The position numbers were made by a program, and so were the translations under genes. From the IMG/VR virus record IMGVR_UViG_3300028624_000004, positions 1 to 64,000 of that record: a stretch of 64,000 bases of DNA. The stretch is one strand, 5' to 3'. Below, piece after piece: positions 37,614 to 46,654 of the stretch. The stretch is from a virus (lineage: Duplodnaviria; Caudoviricetes). The notes below the pieces were generated by a model. It had not been told where the DNA came from. It was given only the letters and a program-made list of their open reading frames with translations, and searched no databases. Position 1 is the first letter of the stretch, and each line of letters begins with the position of its first letter.

Positions 37614-38981
37614 ATGGCATTACAAGACAACGTAAGAGACGCACTCATGAAGAAGTGGAAGCCAATGGTCGAGCACATCCGTGACGACCGTAAGGCTGAA
37701 CTCACTGCTCAGCTTCTCGAACAAGAAAACCGTTACTTCAAGGACGCACTTAAAGAAACTGCAAGCTCGGCTGGCGGAGCAACTGTCTCCGTTCCTGCTA
37801 CTTGCGGCGGCACCGCAACACAGTCTGGTATCGCACGATTCCAGGCAATTGCTATGCCTCTCGTAGCTCGTGTATTCCCTGAACTCGTCAGCAACGAACT
37901 CGTAGGTGTTCAGCCTATGTTCACCCCAGTTGGCTTGGCATACGCTCTCCGTTACCGCTACCAGAGTGACTTCAACTCCAAGTCTGGATTCCCAGGCATG
38001 GAAGCTGGATTCAACACTGTGGAAGCTCTCTACTCGGGCGGATTCCCAACCACAGCAACCTCAACCCCAACCTCCGCTGACTTCCTCAGTGCCTTCGGCA
38101 CCGTAGTTGACAATGGTCGTGTCAAGGGCGGAGATGTTGACGCTGGATTGTCCCCACGCGGCGGCTACAACACCGCTGACGCTGAAGGACTTGGCGAAAC
38201 TCACTGGTGCGGCACCGCTGAAATGGATCGTATCCGTTACATGGGCTTGTCCGTTGAGAAGCAGACTGTAGAAGCAAAGACCCGCAAGCTCGCTGCTCGT
38301 TGGTCGCATGAAGCACAGCAGGATTTGAAGAACATGCACAATGTTGACATTGCTGCACAGTTGTCAGACCTTCTTGCTTATGAGGTTGCCGCTGAAATTG
38401 ACGCAGAAGTTAAGGCAAACATCATCGCTCTCGCACAGGTTGGTGGAGTTCTCGTATGGGACTACACTTCAACCAACTTCGGTGGCGCTGACGGTCGTTG
38501 GGAGCAGGAGAAGTTCCGCACTCTCTACACCGTATGCTTGAAGGCTTCGAACGAAATCGCAGTTGCTACCCGTCGTGGCGCTGGTAACTTCATCTTGGCT
38601 TCGCCAACTGTAGTTGCTGCAATAGAAGCTCTCGAACAGTTCGCAATCTCCAGTGTCGCTACCAACCTCGCAACCGAGGTCAGTGGTGTCGCTAAGGTTG
38701 GAACCATCGGACGCTTCACCGTATACCGCGATATGTTCGCAACCCGCGACTACGCTGTTGTCGGATACAAGGGAAGAGATGATGCCGACGCTGGTATCGT
38801 TTACCTCCCATATGTTCCGATCCAGTTCCTCGAAGCGGTCGGTCAGGATTCCTTCAACCCAAGAATCGGTGTATTGACCAGATATGGTCTTTGCAACAAC
38901 CTCTTCGGTGCTGAGAACTACTACCGTTACATCGACATCCGTGGATTGGGCGACTCCGCTCTCTCTGGTTCAGTATCCTAA
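37614..38981 (+). CDS. 23: Major capsid protein gp23
   Basis: KWKP, VGVQPM, VEAKTRKLAARWSHEAQQDL, EIDAE, TRRGAGN, DAGIVYLPYVP, FNPRIGVLTRYG. Confidence 0.97.
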   Translation: MALQDNVRDALMKKWKPMVEHIRDDRKAELTAQLLEQENRYFKDALKETASSAGGATVSVPATCGGTATQSGIARFQAIAMPLVARVFPELVSNELVGVQPMFTPVGLAYALRYRYQSDFNSKSGFPGMEAGFNTVEALYSGGFPTTATSTPTSADFLSAFGTVVDNGRVKGGDVDAGLSPRGGYNTADAEGLGETHWCGTAEMDRIRYMGLSVEKQTVEAKTRKLAARWSHEAQQDLKNMHNVDIAAQLSDLLAYEVAAEIDAEVKANIIALAQVGGVLVWDYTSTNFGGADGRWEQEKFRTLYTVCLKASNEIAVATRRGAGNFILASPTVVAAIEALEQFAISSVATNLATEVSGVAKVGTIGRFTVYRDMFATRDYAVVGYKGRDDADAGIVYLPYVPIQFLEAVGQDSFNPRIGVLTRYGLCNNLFGAENYYRYIDIRGLGDSALSGSVS

Positions 38982-39010
38982 TACTGACGGATCGTGATAG
39001 CTAATCAAGT

Positions 39011-39047
39011 AACCCCAGGAGACATTCTCCTGGGGTTTACTTTTTTT
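39011..39047 (+). terminator. Rho-independent terminator after the major capsid gene
   Basis: AACCCCAGGAGA-CAT-TCTCCTGGGGTT 12-bp stem followed by a T7 run. Confidence 0.9.
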
Positions 39048-39073
39048 ATGTTATAATAATCATAGGAGATTAT

Positions 39074-39460
39074 ATGACAAGACAAGAAAAAGATAGAGCA
39101 TTACGATACCTTATAGAAACTCGTCAAGCGGAACTTGAAGAAATAGAAAAGGGTATTGTTTTGGCTACCATGCAACTTGAACAGATGACAGGACCAAATG
39201 CTGATCTACGTGTTTTGGGTGGTATACGCCTTCGCCGTGAAGATCTAGAAAGGGAATGGGAAACTGTCAAGAGAGAACTTAGCGATTTGAACGCCGGAAT
39301 ACTACCAGACATGTCAAAGAAAGAAGAGAAGATTAGAAAAGTAGCTGAGAACCTTAAGGAGACAAACGAAAGAGGCAAGCTACTTAAGGAAAAGGCGGGC
39401 GAAGATGTGGTTGCTCTTCACAAGAGCATCCACACGAACCTTGATCCAGATAAAAAATAG
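39074..39460 (+). CDS. Hypothetical coiled-coil protein
   Basis: AGGAG SD; extended -10 TGTTATAAT at 39049-39057. Confidence 0.65.
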   Translation: MTRQEKDRALRYLIETRQAELEEIEKGIVLATMQLEQMTGPNADLRVLGGIRLRREDLEREWETVKRELSDLNAGILPDMSKKEEKIRKVAENLKETNERGKLLKEKAGEDVVALHKSIHTNLDPDKK

Positions 39461-39481
39461 AATATATAAATAGAGGTATCT

Positions 39482-40012
39482 ATGGGTAAAAAGGCACGAT
39501 TTAGAAGAGTAGCTTCTACTCCTATAACACTTCGCATTGATGGCGTCCCCACTAAGATACCACCCAATGGAACATTTATATCGACAGTTGAGATGGTGGG
39601 AAGTCTTCCTGGCATAAGATTTGAAGGTTTTGTGGAATTTGACACGCAAAAAAATACAACCCCATGCGATCCATTGAAAGAATGGAATGACTTAGTAAAT
39701 AATAGTGTTCCAGATGATGTTGTTGATGGGGTTATTGATTCAGTTATAGAGGGAGATAAACAAACTGAGCCGACCCCTCAAGTCACCCCCGAAGTCACCC
39801 CCGAAGTCACCCCCGAAGTAGAGTCACCAAAAAACGGAATATCGGTTGACGTTCTAATGGAGCTTAAGAAGAAAGATAATCGTGCCTGGATGGTCATGAC
39901 CAAGAAAGAAATAAAGGCAATAATGAACGAAGCTGGAATAGACTATTCGCATGTTGCGGACGACAGAAATCAGCTATATAAGTTTTTATCTGGAATTGTA
40001 AAGAGTTTATAA
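39482..40012 (+). CDS. Capsid-locus protein with TPEV repeats and C-terminal HeH-like helix pair
   Basis: Late promoter at 39465-39472; MTKKEIKAIMNEAGIDY...QLYKFL. Confidence 0.6.
   Translation: MGKKARFRRVASTPITLRIDGVPTKIPPNGTFISTVEMVGSLPGIRFEGFVEFDTQKNTTPCDPLKEWNDLVNNSVPDDVVDGVIDSVIEGDKQTEPTPQVTPEVTPEVTPEVESPKNGISVDVLMELKKKDNRAWMVMTKKEIKAIMNEAGIDYSHVADDRNQLYKFLSGIVKSL
39780..39819 (+). repeat. 12-bp tandem repeat AAGTCACCCCCG, about 3.3 copies (encodes VTPE)
   Basis: Read directly from the sequence. Confidence 0.9.
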
Positions 40013-40021
40013 AGGAATCAC

Positions 40022-40975
40022 ATGAAAGTAAGAAACAGAGCATCGTTATTGGATTGGGTATACAAGCATCTCGGAGCGCCTGCCGTCAAACCACCGATTG
40101 CGCCGACACAACTTGATAATTGTATTGACGAGGCTCTTGACTATTATACATTTCACGCTGGTGGAACCGGACATGAAGAACAGTATATTGTAATAACTGC
40201 CGAAGCCGCTGTTCGTTTATCTGGATATGAGACAATAGACCATCCAGATGACGATGGTGGTATGTGCCTATCGACTGATATTTCTGCTCAGCCCGTATTA
40301 GTTTATAAACAAGAATACCAATTACCGCGTGATGTTGTCGCTGTTGGAAATGCGTTGGCAACAAGATGTGGAACAGAATCCGCAGACTACGCAACCGAGC
40401 CAATGCTAGAGAGAGGATTCGCATTAACAAATCTTGGCATTATGTCAACGGGTATTGGTGGGCTTCAGGGGGCTGGATTTGGTTCTGTTGGAACCGCTCT
40501 GTGGACGCCAGGATCGTTTGGTCAATTTAACTCCTTTGGAAGTCGTGGTGGAGAGGGAACTCGTGGCGCTGGTGGCGGAGCAGACATTATAGGATATGAG
40601 CTTGGTATGCAATATCTTGAGATGATACAGCAGAGATATACCATCAAGCTTGCTGTTCAGTTCATGGAAGAAAGTAAGAAGGTAAGATTCTCTCCAGCCC
40701 CTCGCGCCCCCGGTCATATTGTATTGCCAGTGTGGATGAGAGTTCAAGATAGCGACCTCTATGAAAACATTTGGATTCGTAGATATGCTGCCGCTCTATG
40801 TAAGATACAAATAGGATATAACGTCAGTAAGTATACCGGAATCACATTTACTGGCGGCGCAACGGTAAATGGGGAATTCTATATAAGAGAAGGAAAGGAA
40901 GAAAAAGAAAAACTAGAACAATCCATCAAGGATGGAGACTATGGATATCCACCACAAAGTTTCTGGTTTGCCTAA
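40022..40975 (+). CDS. 13: Neck protein gp13
   Basis: LGAP...QLDNCIDEALDYY; WIRRYAAALCKIQIG.NVSKY.GI...GG.TVNG. Confidence 0.9.
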   Translation: MKVRNRASLLDWVYKHLGAPAVKPPIAPTQLDNCIDEALDYYTFHAGGTGHEEQYIVITAEAAVRLSGYETIDHPDDDGGMCLSTDISAQPVLVYKQEYQLPRDVVAVGNALATRCGTESADYATEPMLERGFALTNLGIMSTGIGGLQGAGFGSVGTALWTPGSFGQFNSFGSRGGEGTRGAGGGADIIGYELGMQYLEMIQQRYTIKLAVQFMEESKKVRFSPAPRAPGHIVLPVWMRVQDSDLYENIWIRRYAAALCKIQIGYNVSKYTGITFTGGATVNGEFYIREGKEEKEKLEQSIKDGDYGYPPQSFWFA

Positions 40976-40988
40976 TTTGGAATAACAT

Positions 40989-41780
40989 ATGCCAGCTAAC
41001 CCCGATCCGATGTCATCAAAAGATTTTTGGAGCCAATACAATGGCAACCAAGATAATGGAAAAGAACTGGATTTCTATGATGATATGGCATCAGAGATGT
41101 TTGCAATATATGGTATTCCTCTCGAATATTATCCTGTTGATGCTGATCCTGAAAGAGATAGAATTTTTAACGAAGACCCAGGAAAACAATTTGTAAGAAA
41201 AGTAATGCTTACTGGATTGATTGATGGTGGGCAAGTTCAGGAAAATGTATTGTTCAACCAGTTTGGTATGATGAATAAAGTGGAGTTTACAATGTATCTT
41301 CATTATTCAACCGCTATTGAACAACTTAAAAGAAAGCCACTTATAGCTGATCAATTCACATTTGCCAATGGTTTAACTACTCAAGTATTTGAAGTCACTC
41401 ATGTTACCGAATCTACTCTCGGAGTTCGGGGAAATGTATTCGGAAGAAGAACGGCATATGCTTTGACTTGTCGTGAAAGAGAGATATCACCAGCAGAGAT
41501 TGGTGATGGTGAACGATATGGGTACATTGACTCTGAAGGAAATATACTTCCTGGCGCACCTGCCGATTTGTTTGACGAGAATGGAAATATCCGTGAGAAG
41601 TATAAGGTTCCTGGGCTTACTGCTGCCAACAAGAAAGGCGCTTACCATGGTGACAATGAGCATATTCAAGAAAAGGCTGATGGCGTCGATGAGAACGGGC
41701 AGCCAACAATGCCTGCCGGTAAGGGCATCGTAAGTGTGAGCGGCAAGGATAAGAAAAATTTTGACTGGGGCAACTGGTAA
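40989..41780 (+). CDS. 14: Neck protein gp14
   Basis: EMFAIYG...YYP, IFNED, FNQFG, P...D.F...FEVTHV; follows gp13. Confidence 0.85.
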   Translation: MPANPDPMSSKDFWSQYNGNQDNGKELDFYDDMASEMFAIYGIPLEYYPVDADPERDRIFNEDPGKQFVRKVMLTGLIDGGQVQENVLFNQFGMMNKVEFTMYLHYSTAIEQLKRKPLIADQFTFANGLTTQVFEVTHVTESTLGVRGNVFGRRTAYALTCREREISPAEIGDGERYGYIDSEGNILPGAPADLFDENGNIREKYKVPGLTAANKKGAYHGDNEHIQEKADGVDENGQPTMPAGKGIVSVSGKDKKNFDWGNW

Positions 41781-41807
41781 TAAATAACTTTACTATAAAT
41801 ACAACAC

Positions 41808-42701
41808 ATGACATCCAATAAAAAATACAGTGATGATTATATTAATGACTTGTTGCATTCTCACAATGTCACGAAGAAAGGTGTATATGTTAATAATTAT
41901 ACTCCTTTTGTCATCTATTGTAATAAGTGCCAAACCGAAAGTAACGCCATTTTAATTAATGTATTGAGCAGAGTTAAAAAGGGTAATAGTCCTTGCCCAA
42001 TATGCAATAATCTTAATAGAAGACTTTCAAACGAGATTATTGATAAAAGACTTGAAGGTACTGGTTTTGAAAGAATAGGTAACTATGTGACAGCCAATGT
42101 TCCTATTCTATGGAGAGACTCTAGTGGATATGAATGGAAGGACACCCCAGCAGCCGTTTTGTTTTATTATAAGAAGAAAAATGGAGTTCACAATCGCAAG
42201 AGAATTACTGATGCTATGATTGACGAGAGATTAAAGTATAGAAAAATAAAGAGAATCGGATGTTATGTTAACAAAGATACACCAATTGAATGGCAATGTT
42301 TAGAAACGGGGGAAGTGTGGAAGGCTCTTCCTAATAACATTTTTAGGGGATATGGCAACCCCAATTTGAAGACATACAAAAGGGAAAGAGATATCCTTCA
42401 GTATTTCAGACAATCCAATATTCCGCACGATTATCATAAAACATTTGTAGACACTAATAGAAAATACATAGTTGACTTTTTTATACCAGATAAAAATTGC
42501 ATATTAGAATATAACGGAAAGCAACATTATTGTTCCATAGACTATTTTGGTGGTGAGGACCGTTTTATTAAACAAAGAGAAAGGGATGAAAATTTGAAAA
42601 AATACTGCGTAGTGAATAATATTAACTTGGTAGAGATACCATATTCATGGTCTTGGCAGAGGATCGTGGATACTTTAAATTCTGTTACGAAAGGCGGGTA
42701 A
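41808..42701 (+). mobile_element. Free-standing endonuclease (repeated DNA-binding modules plus Vsr/DUF559-like domain)
   Basis: Repeated G.YV...PI.W units; VDFFIP...LEYNGKQHY...RDENLKKYC...LVEIPY; own late promoter at 41794-41801. Confidence 0.8.
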
Positions 42702-45700
42702 ATACTTTATGTATAATTACTTTCTTCAGTAATGTAATATATCAACACGTAGTCGCTCTTTCTGATGTGTTCAATGAGATGTCCATCATCAACTATGATA
42801 AGGACGGAAAAGCTATTGGATGGAAGCCAGTTCCATTGACCCTTGCGCCAAAAGAAAAGGTAATAGCAGAACTTCAGGCAGATCCAAGTTCACCAGACTC
42901 AACTCCACCAAACTTCCTCCCAAGAATGTCGCTTATTTGGAACGGAATATCCAGAAACCAAGAGAGACAGAGGGGAAAATACGAAAAACGTCGTATATTA
43001 GTTGAATATATGGAAGACCCCGAAACTGGCGAGCAAGAGGAAGCTGCCATTCGTGATGTTCAAACTGTTCCTTACGATTTAACATTTGAGCTTACTGTAT
43101 GGACCAAGTATATGACAGATATGGCTCAGATACTTGAAAACATTCTACCGTTCTTCAATCCAGAAGCGCATGTTTCTCTCTATGAGCGCGGTATAGGATC
43201 CGAAAGAAAAGTCAAAGTAACCCTCGAATCAACCTCTCCTAATTTTGTTACCGACATTTCAGAACCAGAAAGAAGAATTTTACAGTGTAATTTGCAGTTC
43301 AGAATGGAGTGTAACTTCTATACTCCACAGCTACCAATATCTAAGATGATTAAGAGAGTTACTACTCGTATGGGTATTGACTCTACTAAAAACGGAGCAT
43401 CTGAACCAACCGTAGAGGGCGAAACCGTAAATACATTCCTATTGGAATCGGTCACTGGATGTAATAGCTTCCTCGACATGGATCCAAAGATTTGGGGATG
43501 TGTTGTTTCGTTTGACGATATTGAATCTGATTATATGGGTTGGGAACATCACAATGACTTAGACCCACAAAACAAAGTACCACCAACCCCAAGTACGATT
43601 GTTAATCCAAATGAAATTGTATATCCAAATCCACCAGGATATCTTTACAATATACCAAATGATGATTTGACACGCGGACAGCAATGCGCGGTTGACCCAG
43701 AAAAAATACCATTTAAGTTGATTATCGACACTGAAATAACCGAAGCAATATCACAAACAAATCAGTTTATCCTCACTCTTGATGGGACAACTGATGTAAG
43801 TGGTAATCCAGATTATCTTTATAACTTCAATATAAATTGGGGAGACGAAACCGAAGAGACAGTAACGAATTTCACAGATAATTTCGTTAGAGAATCACCA
43901 ACATCGTCTAGAGCAAGAGTTACTCATACATATTCTGTTCCGGGCGTTTATATTATATCAATTACTCCAAACGGCGAAGAAGGTTTCCCAACCTTAAGAT
44001 TTAATGATTTAAGTGTGCAAAGTGGACCTATTGTTACTGATGCTAGGAAAGTTTTGTTCTTACAGCAATGGGGAACAGGAATATGGAAAACAATGTACGG
44101 TGCCTTTGCAGGGTGTGCGAATATGAAAATCATTGCGCCGGATTCAGGAACGGCAAGAACTGAAAATGTAACAGATTGGGACAGAGCATTTGCTTTCTGT
44201 CGGTCTATGACGCATTTCCCAGGAAACTTAAGAATGGGTTCTGGGGAAATATTCACCAGTTGTTGGAATGGATGCAGAGAATTAAAAGAAATACCAAAAA
44301 CTCTTGACTTCTCAAAGGGAAGACAATTCTCATATGCTTGGAACGGTTGCCGTGCAGTTACAGAGTTCCCAAATACATTTGATTTCAGTAATTCTGAAAG
44401 TTTCCAAGGTGCTTGGGGTGGAATGTATATTGAAAGCTTCCCGCTTATCAACTTGGGACCAGCAACAACTTATACTGCCGCGTGGCAAAGTTGTATATAT
44501 TTAAAGTCGTTCCCCTCCCTGGATCTATCAAACGCCACTAGAGTCGATAACGCATGGTGGGATTGTGAATCTCTTACTGAGTTTCCACTAGTAAACACTG
44601 AAAACGTTACTAATTTCAACAGAGCATGGAATGGATGCTTCCGTTTAACAAAAATGGCACCGCTAAATCTTTCAAAGCTAACAACTGGAAACGGGTCATT
44701 CTGGGGATGCTCGGCATTAGTAGATCATCCAGATTATATAATGCCAACTACATCATCTTCAATAAATTTTGGAAATTTATTTAGGCAATCCGGAATCTCA
44801 AGACCAGAGTATGATAACTTCCTTATAAGGTTAGAAGCAGTAAATCCATTAAATAAAGGATCAATAAGTCAAACTCCTGTCAAGTATACCGCTGGACCAG
44901 CATCAATAGCTAGAAGTAAACTAGCATCTAGAGGTTGGTCAATTGCTGACGGCGGACTTGAAAGTGGATTTAGAATAACCATTAACACAAACAACGCTGG
45001 ATCACCAAGTGACCAGTTTATTTTACCGCTAGATCCATTAAGCACCTATAACTTCTCTATTCTGTGGGGCGATAACACCGGAGAATTTATAACTAATACC
45101 ACAACTGGATTCCCAAACATATCTCATACATACACCACTCCGGGAACATATACAATAACCATAACAGAAATGGAAGTTGGTGGTTTCCCAACAATATACT
45201 TTAATAACAGCGGCGATAGATTAAAGATAACAGGAATAACCCAATGGGGAATTAATGAATGGATGTCATTGAATTCTTCTTTCTATGGGTGCAGTAATTT
45301 AAATATTACAGCTACAGATTTCTCGACAGCAAAATTCTCTATGGTCAGCAACGCAGAAAGCGCATTCAGGGATTGCACAAGTCTTGTAACACTTAATTCC
45401 TACAACTGGAATCAAATAACCAATTTACAAAATGCATTTAGTGGTTGCACTTCGCTGACAACAGTGGGAGCATCATTAAATCTATCAATGGCACAAAATC
45501 TGATGGCTATGTTTAATGGAGCAACATCACTCGTAACATTCCCCGTCATAAGCTTACCATCAATGACAAATGGGGCTAATATGTTTAATGGTGTAACGCT
45601 CTCCACTACATCGTATAGTAATCTTCTTATTTCTTTGGATTCTGTTAATAATAACACTGGTGTCACATTCCACGGAGGAAACTCTTTGTATAATGTCGGA

Positions 45701-45769
45701 TCAGCAGCATCAAGAAATAATCTTACTTCGGTGAAGTTGTGGGACATAACAGACGGCGGTCCAGCATAA
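42647..45769 (+). CDS. 15: Tail terminator gp15 fused to two PKD-like + DUF285/BspA-like repeat modules (true start uncertain)
   Basis: VPLTLAPKEK, LPRMS, VPYDL.FEL, QILENILPFFNP; then INWGD...HTY..PG.Y.I.I and F..C..L repeats, each module ending W.I.DGG. Confidence 0.85.
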   Translation: MVLAEDRGYFKFCYERRVNTLCIITFFSNVIYQHVVALSDVFNEMSIINYDKDGKAIGWKPVPLTLAPKEKVIAELQADPSSPDSTPPNFLPRMSLIWNGISRNQERQRGKYEKRRILVEYMEDPETGEQEEAAIRDVQTVPYDLTFELTVWTKYMTDMAQILENILPFFNPEAHVSLYERGIGSERKVKVTLESTSPNFVTDISEPERRILQCNLQFRMECNFYTPQLPISKMIKRVTTRMGIDSTKNGASEPTVEGETVNTFLLESVTGCNSFLDMDPKIWGCVVSFDDIESDYMGWEHHNDLDPQNKVPPTPSTIVNPNEIVYPNPPGYLYNIPNDDLTRGQQCAVDPEKIPFKLIIDTEITEAISQTNQFILTLDGTTDVSGNPDYLYNFNINWGDETEETVTNFTDNFVRESPTSSRARVTHTYSVPGVYIISITPNGEEGFPTLRFNDLSVQSGPIVTDARKVLFLQQWGTGIWKTMYGAFAGCANMKIIAPDSGTARTENVTDWDRAFAFCRSMTHFPGNLRMGSGEIFTSCWNGCRELKEIPKTLDFSKGRQFSYAWNGCRAVTEFPNTFDFSNSESFQGAWGGMYIESFPLINLGPATTYTAAWQSCIYLKSFPSLDLSNATRVDNAWWDCESLTEFPLVNTENVTNFNRAWNGCFRLTKMAPLNLSKLTTGNGSFWGCSALVDHPDYIMPTTSSSINFGNLFRQSGISRPEYDNFLIRLEAVNPLNKGSISQTPVKYTAGPASIARSKLASRGWSIADGGLESGFRITINTNNAGSPSDQFILPLDPLSTYNFSILWGDNTGEFITNTTTGFPNISHTYTTPGTYTITITEMEVGGFPTIYFNNSGDRLKITGITQWGINEWMSLNSSFYGCSNLNITATDFSTAKFSMVSNAESAFRDCTSLVTLNSYNWNQITNLQNAFSGCTSLTTVGASLNLSMAQNLMAMFNGATSLVTFPVISLPSMTNGANMFNGVTLSTTSYSNLLISLDSVNNNTGVTFHGGNSLYNVGSAASRNNLTSVKLWDITDGGPA

Positions 45770-45778
45770 GGAAGTTAT

Positions 45779-46027
45779 ATGCAGGAAATCAAAGCAGATA
45801 AATTTTATTATTATTTAGCTCATAACGAAACAGACACTTTTCACTGTGGATGTATTCCCGAAACACATGAAGTTATCACAGGGCAGCCAAATCTAGAAAC
45901 ATTTTCAACAAAACAAGAGTTATTAGATAGATTAAATGTATTGAATTGTGAGCTAACAGAAAGCTGTAGTCAATACATAGACGAACTAGAGCAATATGAA
46001 CTAATTTGTAAAAAACAATCATTATAA
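45779..46027 (+). CDS. Small hypothetical protein following the adhesin fusion
   Basis: Short ORF with an AGGA SD, tightly packed behind gp15. Confidence 0.55.
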   Translation: MQEIKADKFYYYLAHNETDTFHCGCIPETHEVITGQPNLETFSTKQELLDRLNVLNCELTESCSQYIDELEQYELICKKQSL

Positions 46028-46054
46028 TTACATGCTATTGGATATAATATACAT

Positions 46055-46654
46055 ATGACTAAAGAAAAAGACATAGTAAGTAAAATCGACGCTGCTCTTG
46101 ATATAGCAGACAAGATGAAGTGTTTTGATTCGACAACCGGATCTTCCAAATCTGAAAATTCCGAAAAAGACGAAGAGCTTCGCAGAAGAACTGAAGAGCG
46201 TAAAGAAAAAATCGCTTTAGTCAGAGCAGAGATTGAAAAGAAAAAAGACCTAACGGACGAGATATTCATAAAAGATAATCTTCGTAATATCGCTGAAGTT
46301 GGTGTTGAGGTTATACATATTCTTACTGAAGAACTTAAGTATGATCCATCTGGTAGAACCGCCGAATGTATGAGTGCATTGATGAATGCGATTACAGGCG
46401 CATTAAAAGAAATAAAAGAATATGATAATGATAAAACAAAACTTGGATATGAGCGTGAGAAAATAGACATAAAGAAAGCTTCTGCTGCTGTGGCAGGACC
46501 ATCTGGAAACATCATGGTGGTTGGTAAAATGACAGATGTTTTAAAGGCAATACAGGACCAGAAGTTTGAAAACATGAAGGAAGTAGATGCTGTTGTTGAG
46601 CGTGAATCACTAGAAGAGAAAGCTCCGGGGACAGTATATAAGAAGGAGCAGTAA
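46055..46654 (+). CDS. 16: Terminase small subunit (gp16-like)
   Basis: Helical; GRTAEC...NIMVVG.MTDVLK; its stop codon overlaps the terL start. Confidence 0.75.
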   Translation: MTKEKDIVSKIDAALDIADKMKCFDSTTGSSKSENSEKDEELRRRTEERKEKIALVRAEIEKKKDLTDEIFIKDNLRNIAEVGVEVIHILTEELKYDPSGRTAECMSALMNAITGALKEIKEYDNDKTKLGYEREKIDIKKASAAVAGPSGNIMVVGKMTDVLKAIQDQKFENMKEVDAVVERESLEEKAPGTVYKKEQ

